Shown in pieces: positions 15,272 to 24,449 of a stretch of 64,000 nt of DNA. Both the position numbers and the translations under genes were made by a program. Position 1 is the first letter of the stretch. Every line of letters begins with the position of its first letter. The notes below the pieces were generated by a model. The model searched no databases and was not told the DNA's origin. It saw only the letters and a list, made by a program, of their open reading frames with translations. Origin of the DNA: Acidobacteriota bacterium. Its GTDB lineage: Bacteria > Acidobacteriota > Thermoanaerobaculia > Multivoradales > JBCCEF01. The stretch is taken from contig JBCCHV010000009.1 in NCBI GenBank assembly GCA_039028635.1, positions 15,446 to 79,445 of the forward strand. The letters are read 5' to 3'.

Positions 15272-17610
15272 CAGGCCGCCGAGTGGGTCGAAGTCGGCTC
15301 TTCCTCGCCGTAGGGAGCGACGTAGCCCTCGTAGCGTTTGCCGTAGCGGGCGCCGCCCGAACGATGACGGTTGAGGACTGCGCCGAGCAGTCGAACGTCG
15401 GCCATCAGCAGGCGATCACGGCAGGCTCGAACGTCTTCCCGCGGCACGTTGCCGGCGCGGAAGCAGAGCACCACGCCATCGGCCAGCGAGCCGCCGATGG
15501 TGGCGTCGGTGACGGCGAGGGCCGGCGGCGTGTCGATCAGCACGTAGTCGAACTGCTCTCGGGCCTGGTCCACCAGCGTGCCCATACGATCCGAGGCGAG
15601 CAGCTCGGACGGGTTCGGTGGTGTTGGTCCGGCCGGCGCCACGAACAGGTTGGGGACCACCGTGCGGAAGACGATCTGCTCGATGGCGGCGCTGCCGGTG
15701 AGATAGCTCACCAAGCCTTCACGATTCGACAGACCGAAGACCTGGTGTTGGCGCGGCTTGCGCAGATCGCCATCGAGCAGCAGGACGCGACGGCCGAGCT
15801 GGGCGAGGACGATGGCGAGGTTGCTGAGAGTGGCGGTCTTGCCCTCGCCGGCTTCGGCCGAGGTGATGGCGATGACGCGCAGCTCCTCGGCGGACGACAG
15901 CAGTACCGCCGTGCGCAGCGAGCGGTAGGCTTCGGAAATCAGCTGGCGCGGTTGGTTGTGCGGCGCTAGCTCGACCTGCACCGGTTCGGCCTTGCGCTTC
16001 TTTTCCGCCGCTCGGCCGTTCTTCTTGTCCCTCGAACGGCCGTAGCCGTAGCCATATCCGTAGCCGTAGCCATAACCGCGGGCGGTTTCCGAGACGTCGG
16101 GGATGGCCGCCAGCACCGGCAGACCAAGGATTTTCTCGAGCTCGCCGACGGTCTTCACGGAGCGGTCGAGGAACTCCAGGAGGAAGGCGAAGCCGAGGCC
16201 GAGGAGCAGGCCGCCGAAGCCGCCGAAGGCGACGCTGCGGGTCAGGCTGGGGCGGAACTTGCCGCCCGGGACCAGGGCGCGCTCGACCAGCTTGACGTTC
16301 GAGCCCGAGTCGTCGGTGCCGAACTCGAGGCTGCTGAAGCGCACCTCCGGGTTCTGCACCGTGAACGCCATCGAGGTTTCCGACTGCTTGCGCAGCAGCT
16401 CGTCGAGGAGCTGACGGCGGGTCTCGATCTCGACCCGCAAGTTCTCGACCCCGACGGAGGCGAGGTTCTGTTGCTCCGCCTGGCCGCGGGCGCGCTCGAT
16501 CTCGCCGGCCAGCTTGGACTCCTGGCGGCGCAGGGTCTGGACCTCGGCGCTGGCGGCGCGCTTGGCGAGGTCGGCCTCGCGGCGGATCACGCCCTCGAGG
16601 TACTCGCGCTCCTTCTCGATGGTCGTTCGGAGCTCCACCAGCGGCGGCCAGTCGGGCTTGAAGTTCTGGCGCTGCGAGTCGTACTCGCGCTCCTTGACGG
16701 CGAGCTCCTTGCGCAGCGTGCTGACCAGGCCGTTCGACTGTTCGTCGGCGACGGTCTCCAGGGGGGAATTCACCAGCTCTTCGTACTCGGCCTGCTTCTC
16801 GATGCGATCGCGCACCACCCGCATGTAGTCCTCGTTGAGGGAGGTGAGGCGCTGCTGGGTGACGTCCGACTCCGGATTGCTGGTGACGATGCCCTGGCTG
16901 TGGTTGGCCGTCTGGAGCTCGCGCTCGGCGGTCTTGATCTCGTCCTTGAGGGTGGTGATCTGTTGATCGAGAAAGTTCGAAGCGCGGGTGACGTTTTCGG
17001 ACTGGCTGGCGATGCTGCGGTAGATGTAGGTGTTGGCGAAGCCGTTGACCACCCGCGCCGCGAACTCGGGATCGTTGGCGACATAGCTCAGCTCCACCAG
17101 TTGGGTGCCGCGCTTGGGGTCCACCGACAGGCCGCCGAGGAGGCGATTCGCATAGCGGCCCAGAACGGCGTTGTCCTGATAGAAGTCAGGGCTCTCGTCG
17201 GCCGCCGAAGATGCCGTCAGCCCCGCCTCCCCGACAAAGGCCGGATCGTCGAGCAGGTTGAGGTTTTGGATCACGTCCTCGGCCAGGCCTCGGCTGCGCA
17301 GCAGGGCGTACTGGGTGGGGTAGTACTCCATGTTCCACCAGTTCTCGAGCCAGGGGGTCTGGCTGCTGGCGAAGGGCGTCAGGCTCTTGCGTTCGATCTG
17401 GATGGTGGCCTCGGCGCGGTAGGCCGGCGGCGTCAGCTTGTACTTGACCAGGGCGAGGGCGAGCACCGCCAGCATCACGGCCAGGATTAGCTGCCAGCGA
17501 CGGGTCAAGCGCAGCGCCGTCTCGCGCAGATCGAAACCGCCTTCGGAGGGCGGCATCGGTGCTGCCGGCGGGGCGCTGTCTTCGAGGTCGTAGATCCCGG
17601 GATTGCTCAA
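15271..17610 (-). CDS. wzc: Polysaccharide co-polymerase / tyrosine autokinase (Wzc/GumC/EpsG type)
   Basis: N-terminal Wzz-like domain with two TM segments and a long coiled-coil. The C-terminal CpsD-like ATPase has SAEAGEGKT Walker A and IDTPP Walker B. The C-terminal tail is Tyr-containing (RYGKRYEGYVAPYG). TTG start overlaps the wza stop. Confidence 0.9.
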   Translation of the reverse strand: MSNPGIYDLEDSAPPAAPMPPSEGGFDLRETALRLTRRWQLILAVMLAVLALALVKYKLTPPAYRAEATIQIERKSLTPFASSQTPWLENWWNMEYYPTQYALLRSRGLAEDVIQNLNLLDDPAFVGEAGLTASSAADESPDFYQDNAVLGRYANRLLGGLSVDPKRGTQLVELSYVANDPEFAARVVNGFANTYIYRSIASQSENVTRASNFLDQQITTLKDEIKTAERELQTANHSQGIVTSNPESDVTQQRLTSLNEDYMRVVRDRIEKQAEYEELVNSPLETVADEQSNGLVSTLRKELAVKEREYDSQRQNFKPDWPPLVELRTTIEKEREYLEGVIRREADLAKRAASAEVQTLRRQESKLAGEIERARGQAEQQNLASVGVENLRVEIETRRQLLDELLRKQSETSMAFTVQNPEVRFSSLEFGTDDSGSNVKLVERALVPGGKFRPSLTRSVAFGGFGGLLLGLGFAFLLEFLDRSVKTVGELEKILGLPVLAAIPDVSETARGYGYGYGYGYGYGRSRDKKNGRAAEKKRKAEPVQVELAPHNQPRQLISEAYRSLRTAVLLSSAEELRVIAITSAEAGEGKTATLSNLAIVLAQLGRRVLLLDGDLRKPRQHQVFGLSNREGLVSYLTGSAAIEQIVFRTVVPNLFVAPAGPTPPNPSELLASDRMGTLVDQAREQFDYVLIDTPPALAVTDATIGGSLADGVVLCFRAGNVPREDVRACRDRLLMADVRLLGAVLNRHRSGGARYGKRYEGYVAPYGEEEPTSTHSAA

Positions 17611-18491
17611 AAGAACGACTCCTTGACGTAGACGATGTCTCCGTCACGCAGCTCCGGATCCGGATCCTGGCCGCCCAGGATGCGCTTGTAGTGGACCTCG
17701 ATCTCCTGCTGACCGCCGGACGCCGTGCGCCGCTTGATCTGAATGCGCGGCGAGGCGCGATCGGTCAGGCCGCCGACCTGAGCGATCGCCGACAGCAGGG
17801 TGATGCGGGAAGTGCTCGGCACCTCGAGGGCGCCGGGAGTTGCGACCTCTCCGAGAAAGAAAACCTTCGCCTGCACCATGCGCTCGACGGTCACCAGGTC
17901 ACCGGCGAAGAGCGGCAGGTTGACCTTGGGGTCGGCGCGGCCGAGCAGATCCTGTGCCCGGATCGTGATCTGGTCCGTCAGCCCGTTGTTGGCCCGGCGA
18001 AGAACGTGAATGGAATCTCCATGGCCTTCCGCCAATCCTCCGGCGGCGGCAATCGCTTCCAACAGCGTCCATTGACCGGAGAATTCCAGGTCTCCCGGCT
18101 TGGCGACGGCGCCGAGCATCGAGATCGGCCGCGAGCGCACTTCGAGCAGCTCGACGGTGACGGTGACGCTCTCGACGTAGTCGGCTTCGAGCAAGCGCTC
18201 GAGCTCGGCGGCGAGGCCGCGCCGGGTGTAGCCCTGCACCCGCACCTCGCCGATGATCGGCAGGCTGACGGTGCCGGTCGCCGAGACCCGCTGCTCAGTG
18301 TTGAGGTCCGGCACCTCGAGCACCTTGATATCCACCAGGTCGCGCGGCCCGATGCGGTAGTCGGACACCTGCTGCGCTGCCGTTAAGGCAGGCAGGCAGA
18401 AAGCCGCGAGCAGGGCGGCGAGGCAGGCCGGAAGGCGACGGATGGGTACAAGACACCGCATTTTCAGGATCTTAGTCCAGGCCATCGGCAC
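17607..18491 (-). CDS. wza: Polysaccharide export protein (Wza-like, Poly_export + SLBB)
   Basis: YRIGPRDLVDIKVLEVPDLN, GTVSLPIIGEVRVQGYT and SLBB-like FFLGEVATPG. The start is ambiguous (GTG 18491, ATG 18485 or ATG 18461). Confidence 0.85.
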   Translation of the reverse strand: MPMAWTKILKMRCLVPIRRLPACLAALLAAFCLPALTAAQQVSDYRIGPRDLVDIKVLEVPDLNTEQRVSATGTVSLPIIGEVRVQGYTRRGLAAELERLLEADYVESVTVTVELLEVRSRPISMLGAVAKPGDLEFSGQWTLLEAIAAAGGLAEGHGDSIHVLRRANNGLTDQITIRAQDLLGRADPKVNLPLFAGDLVTVERMVQAKVFFLGEVATPGALEVPSTSRITLLSAIAQVGGLTDRASPRIQIKRRTASGGQQEIEVHYKRILGGQDPDPELRDGDIVYVKESFF

Positions 18492-18597
18492 AAGTCCATG
18501 GCTTGTCTTGGGGTGATCGCCGGACGGTGGAGCGTTTCGGGACCGCGCCGGGTGGCCGTTTCGCGCGCCTCGAAAAATGCGGAAATTGAGACTTTTA

Positions 18598-19890
18598 TCA
18601 GCGCCAGAGGAGACGATCCGCCGACAGCGCGAGGCCGGTGCGCACGTTGAAGACGTCGCGATCCTGGCCGGGTACCGAGGAGTCGTACTGCGAATCCTCG
18701 GCGCGCACCGTCAGGGCGAGGGACTTGGTGATCTCGAAGCGCAGCTCGGCGCCGAAGGAGGTCAGGTCGTCGGTGCGCTCCGGAGCCGTCGGGAAGCGCC
18801 GCTCGTAGCGGTTCTCGCCCTGGTCCGCGAAGATCTCGAGGCGCGCCCGGCGGCCGAGCTTGCTGCCCAAGGCGACGCCGACGCGCTGCTCGTCGTAGTA
18901 GGCGTACTCCGGCAGCAGGGAGAGCACCGGGGTCTTGCTGCCGTAGATCCGCAGGTCGAGGCGCCAGCCGATCTCGAAGAAGGCCTGGGCGAAACCGGAG
19001 ACTTCGTCGTAGGTGCCGAACTCGGAGGCCCCGATCGGCTCGAGATCGCGCTGGGCCAGCTCGACGTTGAAGGACGAGCGGCCGCCCTCGAGGTCGAGAC
19101 CGATCACCGGCGAGGTGCCCTCGTTCGACAGGTCGCGGGCCGAGGAGGTCGAGTCGAGCTCGCTGTCCTCGGCGCCGAGGAACAGCCCGACGCGCTCCGA
19201 CGGGCGGAAGCGCAGACCGACTCGGACACTCTGCTCGTCGCGGTCGAGGGCGGCGAAATCGGCCTGTCGCGGGTCCTCGAACTCGTCGCTCTGGTCGCGA
19301 ATGCGGCGACTCTCGGCGCGGCCTTCGAGGCTCAGCTTGCCGGTCAGGCGGAGCGCCGCGTCGAGGGTGACGTGATCCTCCTGCAGCACCGTCGGCTGCG
19401 GGAACTCGGCGCTGAAGGTGCGCTGCGATTCCTGGCGGCCGGCGGTGGCCTGGATCTGCAGCCGGTTGTAGAAGCCGAAGAAGCCGGCGCCGTAGCGGCC
19501 CGCCAGCAGGCGGCGCTCGCTGAGGTCTTGCCAGTAGATGTACTCCGGGGTGAGGTCGAACACCCAATAGGTGTCGCTGCCGCTCGGCAAGTAGCCGGTG
19601 AGGCCGGCGCCGACCACGGCGTTGAAATCGGAGAACGACTCCTCTTCGCTGCCGGAGCCGGCGAAGACATCGTCGACGTAGGCCAGCTGGTTGATGCCGA
19701 ACCAGGGCGACAGGCGCAGCGGGCCGAGGTTCCAGCGCGCGTTCTCCATCTCCTGCTCGATCACCGTTTCAGGGTCGGTGTCGCGCGAGTCGGGGCCCCC
19801 GGGCGGCGTATACTGGCGCCACTGCGCTGCGGCCGGCAGGGCCGCCAGGGCCCACAACACGCACAGGATCAGCATCGTTTTCGATCGCAT
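18598..19890 (-). CDS. Putative outer-membrane beta-barrel protein of the polysaccharide export locus
   Basis: Inside ORF 18598..19947, with start at MRSKTMLILCVLWALAALPAAAQ (signal peptide). Alternating-hydrophobic strand pattern throughout (VGLRFRPS, LGAEDSEL, AELRFEITKSLALTVRA). Confidence 0.55.
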   Translation of the reverse strand: MRSKTMLILCVLWALAALPAAAQWRQYTPPGGPDSRDTDPETVIEQEMENARWNLGPLRLSPWFGINQLAYVDDVFAGSGSEEESFSDFNAVVGAGLTGYLPSGSDTYWVFDLTPEYIYWQDLSERRLLAGRYGAGFFGFYNRLQIQATAGRQESQRTFSAEFPQPTVLQEDHVTLDAALRLTGKLSLEGRAESRRIRDQSDEFEDPRQADFAALDRDEQSVRVGLRFRPSERVGLFLGAEDSELDSTSSARDLSNEGTSPVIGLDLEGGRSSFNVELAQRDLEPIGASEFGTYDEVSGFAQAFFEIGWRLDLRIYGSKTPVLSLLPEYAYYDEQRVGVALGSKLGRRARLEIFADQGENRYERRFPTAPERTDDLTSFGAELRFEITKSLALTVRAEDSQYDSSVPGQDRDVFNVRTGLALSADRLLWR

Positions 19891-21328
19891 GGAGGCTCTC
19901 CGAGGAAAAAGTCGGTCCGCGTCCCGGGGGACTTTCGCAGCGCGCATCTTAAGGCATCAGCCCTCGGCGCCGGCGCTCCTGCTGGCGCTGCTGTTGTTCT
20001 GGGCGCCGTTGCCCTTCGGCGGTGCCGAGCCCCTGGCCGAGCTGGTCCAGCGCCTGACCGTTTGTACCGTGCTGTTGCTGATCGCCTTGCGCGGTTATCG
20101 CAGCGGGCGCCTGCGCCACCTGCGCTGGCCTCTGCTGGCCTGCGCCGCCCTCGCCCTTCTCGCCCTGGTGCAATCGCTGCCCCTGCCCGGCGGTTTGGTC
20201 GCCACCTTGTCGCCGGAGCACGGCCGTTTGTTCGCGGCCGCCGGTGAGCTGTTGGGCGAGCCGGTGACGGCGGCCCTCTCCCTCGCCCCGTCGGCCTCGC
20301 GCTCGGCCGCCCTCGGCTGGGCCTTCGTGGGGCTCTATCTGCTGGCCGGGGGTTGGGTCGCCTGCCGGCGCCGAAACCGCCGCGGGTTGGCGCTGGCGGT
20401 TGCCGCGGTGGCTCTTTTCGAGATCTTCTACGGCACCAGCGGCTGGCTCTCCGGTGGCGCCGAGATCTGGGGCCGGGCGGCGCCGGCGACGGACACCCGC
20501 CTGCGCGGCACCTTCGTCAACTCGGATCACCTCGCGACCCTCTTCGAGCTGGTGCTGGCGATGGCCTTCGCGTGGGGTTGGTGGGCTCTGCGCCGCGGCC
20601 GTTGGTCCAGCTCCATCGAGCGTCGGTTGGCGCTGGCAGCGCCGCCTCTCCTACTCTGGCTGGCGGTTTTCGCCGGCCTGGCGTTCACTGGTTCCCGAGC
20701 CGGTCTGGTGGCGGCGGTGGTCGGCGCCGGGCTCCAGGGGGTGCTGCTGGCGGTGGCTTCGGGGCGAGCGCGGTGGGCGCCGGTGGGTCTGGTGGCGGCC
20801 CTCGCCGGGATCCTGGTGGTGGTCTTCGCCGGCCTCGGCCAGGGCTTCGGACGCCTGCTGTCGACCTCCGTCTTCGAAGTCGTCCGCGGTGGTCGGGCTC
20901 AAGCCTATGAAGCCTGCCTGGAGCTCTGGCAGCGCTTTCCGATCTTCGGTAGCGGCGCCGGCAGCTTTCGCGACGCCTTTCCCCTGGTTCAGCCGGCCAC
21001 CCTGCCGGGAACCTGGCTGCATGCCCACAACGACCCGCTCGAGCTGCTGGTGACCCACGGCCTCCTGGGGATCTTGATCTTCGTCGCCGGAGCTTTCTGG
21101 CTGGTTCGCCGTCAGTTCCAGGTCTTGCGCTTCGGGGAGCGCTCCGAGGACCGCGCCACCGCCCTGGCGGCGCTCGGAGCCGTGGCCACGATGGCGGTCC
21201 ACGAATGCTTCGATTTCGGGCTTACGGTGCCGTCGAACAGTCTCGCCTTCGCGGTGCTTTGCGGCGCCGCTCTGGTCGCCAAGACCGCCGATGAGGAGCC
21301 CACCCTGGCGGGAGGTGGAGGGCGATGA
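19889..21328 (+). CDS. O-antigen ligase / Wzy-like polymerase family membrane protein
   Basis: Inside ORF 19691..21328. Multi-pass membrane protein with GTFVNSDHLA, FTGSRAG, GSGAGSF and HAHNDPLELL motifs typical of the Wzy_C family. The start is uncertain: the ATG at 19889 abuts the divergent gene start, and an in-frame TTG at about 19994 is the alternative. Confidence 0.65.
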   Translation: MEALRGKSRSASRGTFAARILRHQPSAPALLLALLLFWAPLPFGGAEPLAELVQRLTVCTVLLLIALRGYRSGRLRHLRWPLLACAALALLALVQSLPLPGGLVATLSPEHGRLFAAAGELLGEPVTAALSLAPSASRSAALGWAFVGLYLLAGGWVACRRRNRRGLALAVAAVALFEIFYGTSGWLSGGAEIWGRAAPATDTRLRGTFVNSDHLATLFELVLAMAFAWGWWALRRGRWSSSIERRLALAAPPLLLWLAVFAGLAFTGSRAGLVAAVVGAGLQGVLLAVASGRARWAPVGLVAALAGILVVVFAGLGQGFGRLLSTSVFEVVRGGRAQAYEACLELWQRFPIFGSGAGSFRDAFPLVQPATLPGTWLHAHNDPLELLVTHGLLGILIFVAGAFWLVRRQFQVLRFGERSEDRATALAALGAVATMAVHECFDFGLTVPSNSLAFAVLCGAALVAKTADEEPTLAGGGGR

Positions 21329-22923
21329 AGACGATGCGCCGGCGCCTCCTGATGCTGCTGGCGGCGCTGCCGGTGATGGTGCTGACCGCCGCGCTGCTCT
21401 ATTGGCTCGGCATGGAGCGCTTCGAGCAGGATCCGCGCACCTTTTCGGAAAGCCTGCAGTGGGCCGTCGAGACCTTCACCACCACCGGCTACGGCGACGA
21501 TGGCCGCTGGCGGCACCCGGCCTTGATCGGGCTCACCATCGGCCTGCAGTTCCTGGGCGTCTTCTTCGTCTTCTTGATCATCCCCATCTACCTGATCCCG
21601 GTGCTCGAGGCGCGCTTCGAGGTGCGGTTGCCGCGCCGTGCCGATGATCTCGTCGACCATGTCGTGATCTATCGCGATGGCCCTGCCGTCGCCACCCTGA
21701 TGGATCGCCTCGAGGCCCTCGAACGGCACTTCGTGGTGCTGGAGCCGGACGAAGGCCGGGCCCGTCGCCTGTTCGAGGAGGGCCGGCGCGTCGTCCTGGG
21801 AGGGCTCGAGGGAGAGGCCCTGGATGGCGTCGGCTTGTTGCGGGCCGAGACCCTGATCGCCAACGACGACGATCACCAGAACGCCGCCTTCGTTTTGGCG
21901 GCACGCCAGATGGGTTTCGGCGGCGAAATTCTGGCGCTGGTCGACGATCCCTTCCATCGCCAGCCGATGCAGCTCGCTGGTGCCAGCGTCGCCTTCACTC
22001 CCAAGCACATGCTCGGCGCCGCCCTGGCGGCGCGGGCCAGCGCCCGCATCAGTCCGCGGGTCTCCGGGATCCACGACCTGGGGCACGTGCTGCAGGTCGA
22101 CGAGGTGCGAGTCGCCGCCGACAGCGAGCTGGTCGGCCGCTCCTTGCGCGAGGCGCAGCTCGGCGGACGGACCGGAGGAACCGTCATCGGCCAGTGGAAC
22201 AAGGGCCGCCTGGAGACCCCGGAGGCGGGCGAGCTGCGCATCGTGGCCGACGGCATCCTGGTCACCCTCGGCGACCGCCCCAGTCTCGACCGCCTGTCGA
22301 GCCTCGCCGGCGGCGGCAAAGTGCCGCGCCAGGGTCGGTTCGTGATCGGTGGCTTCGGCGAGGTCGGCCGCAAGGTGGTCCAGCTACTGCACGATGCCGG
22401 CGAAGAGACCACGGTGATCGATCGCGTCGCGTCTCCCGGCGTCGACGTGGTCGGCGACGTCCTCGACGAGGAAACTCTCATCGCCGCCCGCTTGGCCGAC
22501 GCCCAGGGCCTGATCCTGGCCGTCGAAAACGATGCCAGCGCCCTTTTCGGAACGGTCATCGCCAAGAAGGTGGCGCCGGCCCTCGCCGTCATCGCGCGCG
22601 TCAACGAGGCCGAGAACGTCGATCGAATTCACCACGCCGGTGCCGACTTCGCGCTCTCCGTCAGCCAGGTCTCGGGACAGATTCTGGCGCAGCGACTATT
22701 GGGCGAAGAGGCGGTGGCGATCGATCCCCAGCTCGAAGTGCGCCGACGTTCCTCCGCCGGCTTGGTGGGGCGAAATCCGGGGGAGCTCGACCTGCGGCGC
22801 CTCACCGGTTGCTCGGTGGTCGCCGTCGAACGCGCTGGCGAAGTCCTGGTGGACTTCGCGCCGCCATTTCGTTTCGAGGCCGGCGATGCGGTCTATGTCC
22901 TCGGACCGGACGGGGTGGGCTGA
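21325..22923 (+). CDS. Potassium channel, 2-TM pore plus two RCK (TrkA-N/TrkA-C) units
   Basis: TTGYGD selectivity filter between two TM helices. VVIYRDG and FVIGGFGEVGRKV Rossmann-like RCK starts. The ATG overlaps the upstream stop (ATGA at 21325-21328). Confidence 0.85.
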   Translation: MKTMRRRLLMLLAALPVMVLTAALLYWLGMERFEQDPRTFSESLQWAVETFTTTGYGDDGRWRHPALIGLTIGLQFLGVFFVFLIIPIYLIPVLEARFEVRLPRRADDLVDHVVIYRDGPAVATLMDRLEALERHFVVLEPDEGRARRLFEEGRRVVLGGLEGEALDGVGLLRAETLIANDDDHQNAAFVLAARQMGFGGEILALVDDPFHRQPMQLAGASVAFTPKHMLGAALAARASARISPRVSGIHDLGHVLQVDEVRVAADSELVGRSLREAQLGGRTGGTVIGQWNKGRLETPEAGELRIVADGILVTLGDRPSLDRLSSLAGGGKVPRQGRFVIGGFGEVGRKVVQLLHDAGEETTVIDRVASPGVDVVGDVLDEETLIAARLADAQGLILAVENDASALFGTVIAKKVAPALAVIARVNEAENVDRIHHAGADFALSVSQVSGQILAQRLLGEEAVAIDPQLEVRRRSSAGLVGRNPGELDLRRLTGCSVVAVERAGEVLVDFAPPFRFEAGDAVYVLGPDGVG

Positions 22924-22926
22924 GGG

Positions 22927-23232
22927 TCAGCCCTGGCGCGCTTCTGCGATCTGGCGGTCGCGCTGCGATTCGATGAAGCGACGCTCGCGCTGGAACTCTT
23001 CCTCCTCCTGCTCGCGGGCCGCCGGGTCGGCGGCCTTCTGCAGGCGATCCCGGTGGAGAATCTCGAGCTCCGCCAGCTTGGCTTCGGCGCGCTGTCGAAT
23101 CTCCGCCAGGCGGGCCCGCAGCTCTTCCGAGAGAGCACCTTCCCGCGGCGGCTCGATACCCGCCGACTGCATCCGTTCGAGGGCTAGCTCGTAGGCCGAT
23201 TTCATTCCCTGGGCGCGCTCGTCATCGCTCAT
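22927..23232 (-). CDS. Small charged coiled-coil hypothetical protein
   Basis: 101 aa, E/R/A-rich and helical (LRARLAEIRQRAEAKLAELEILHRDRL), with GC3-rich codons. I recognise no family. Confidence 0.45.
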   Translation of the reverse strand: MSDDERAQGMKSAYELALERMQSAGIEPPREGALSEELRARLAEIRQRAEAKLAELEILHRDRLQKAADPAAREQEEEEFQRERRFIESQRDRQIAEARQG

Positions 23233-23414
23233 GTCCGAGATGCTAGCAGCGTTGGGTCAAAGTGATCGCCGGGGAGCGTCAATTTGGCCTTCGAGTAGCG
23301 CGGTAAGGCTTTTGTTGGTCGGTGGATCGGGGCTTTTGAGTCGGCATCGGATTTGCTGCGAAGGGGACCGGATTCAAAACTGCAGAGTTGCATGCCAGGA
23401 GGGACAGTCAAGCG

Positions 23415-24449
23415 ATGATCGAAGCGATCGACTTACACCGGCAGTACGGTGATTTCCACGCCGTCCAGGGGGTGTCCTTCACCCTGGACGAGGGGGAGAT
23501 CGTGGGCATTCTGGGGCCCAACGGCGCCGGCAAGACGACCACCATTCGAATGATCACCGGCTTTCTGCCGCCGACGGCTGGTCGCGTGACGGTGGCGGGA
23601 CGGGATCTGTTCTCAGACCCGCGGCAGGCGCGCCGCGAGCTCGGTTACCTGCCGGAGAATGTAGCCCTCTATCCGGAAATGCGAGTCGAGGAGTACCTGA
23701 GCTACCGGGCTCGCCTCGAGGGCATGGAGAAGGGTGCCGCCAAGGCGGGCATCGGTGAGGCGATCGAGCGCTGCCTCCTCGAAGAGGTTCGAGGCCAGAT
23801 CATCGGCACCCTGTCGAAGGGTTTCCGGCAGCGCGTCGGCCTGGCGGCGGCGATCCTCCACGGGCCGCGGGTGCTGGTCCTCGACGAGCCCACCGTCGGC
23901 CTCGATCCGGGCCAGATCATCGCCATCCGCGAGCTGATTCGCGAGCTCGGCAAGAGCCGCACGCTGCTGCTTTCGACCCACATCCTGCCGGAGGTCGAGC
24001 TGCTCTGCGACCGCGTGCTGATCATCGACCAGGGCAAGCTCGTCGCCCAGGGCACGCCGGACGAGCTACGCGGTGCCGAGAGTGCCGGACAGCGGCGCAT
24101 TCGGATCGCGGTCGAGGGCGAGCCCGAGGGGGTGGAAGGAATGCTCACCTCGGTCGAAGGTGTCCATCGCGCCCGGGCCGCGGCAGACGGTTGGGTGGTG
24201 GAGGCGTCACGCGATTGCCGCGGCGACATCTTCCGCGCCGCCGTCGCCCATCAAATGGTCTTGCTCCATCTGGTCGAGGAGCAGACTTCCTTCGAAGACA
24301 TCTTCGTTCGCTTGACCACCCAGGAAGAGGTGGCGGAGGAGGCTTCGAGCCTGGCGGTAGCGGACTCCTCCGAACCCGAGTCCGGGCCCGACGTCGAGCC
24401 CAAGTCCGAGGCCGATGTCGAGTCCGATTCCGAGGAGGTGCCGTCGTGA
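23415..24449 (+). CDS. ABC transporter ATP-binding protein (ABC-2/GldA-like) with acidic C-terminal tail
   Basis: Start at MIEAIDLHRQYG, preceded by aggaggga. Has GPNGAGKTT Walker A, LSKGFRQR signature and LVLDEPT Walker B. Confidence 0.9.
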   Translation: MIEAIDLHRQYGDFHAVQGVSFTLDEGEIVGILGPNGAGKTTTIRMITGFLPPTAGRVTVAGRDLFSDPRQARRELGYLPENVALYPEMRVEEYLSYRARLEGMEKGAAKAGIGEAIERCLLEEVRGQIIGTLSKGFRQRVGLAAAILHGPRVLVLDEPTVGLDPGQIIAIRELIRELGKSRTLLLSTHILPEVELLCDRVLIIDQGKLVAQGTPDELRGAESAGQRRIRIAVEGEPEGVEGMLTSVEGVHRARAAADGWVVEASRDCRGDIFRAAVAHQMVLLHLVEEQTSFEDIFVRLTTQEEVAEEASSLAVADSSEPESGPDVEPKSEADVESDSEEVPS

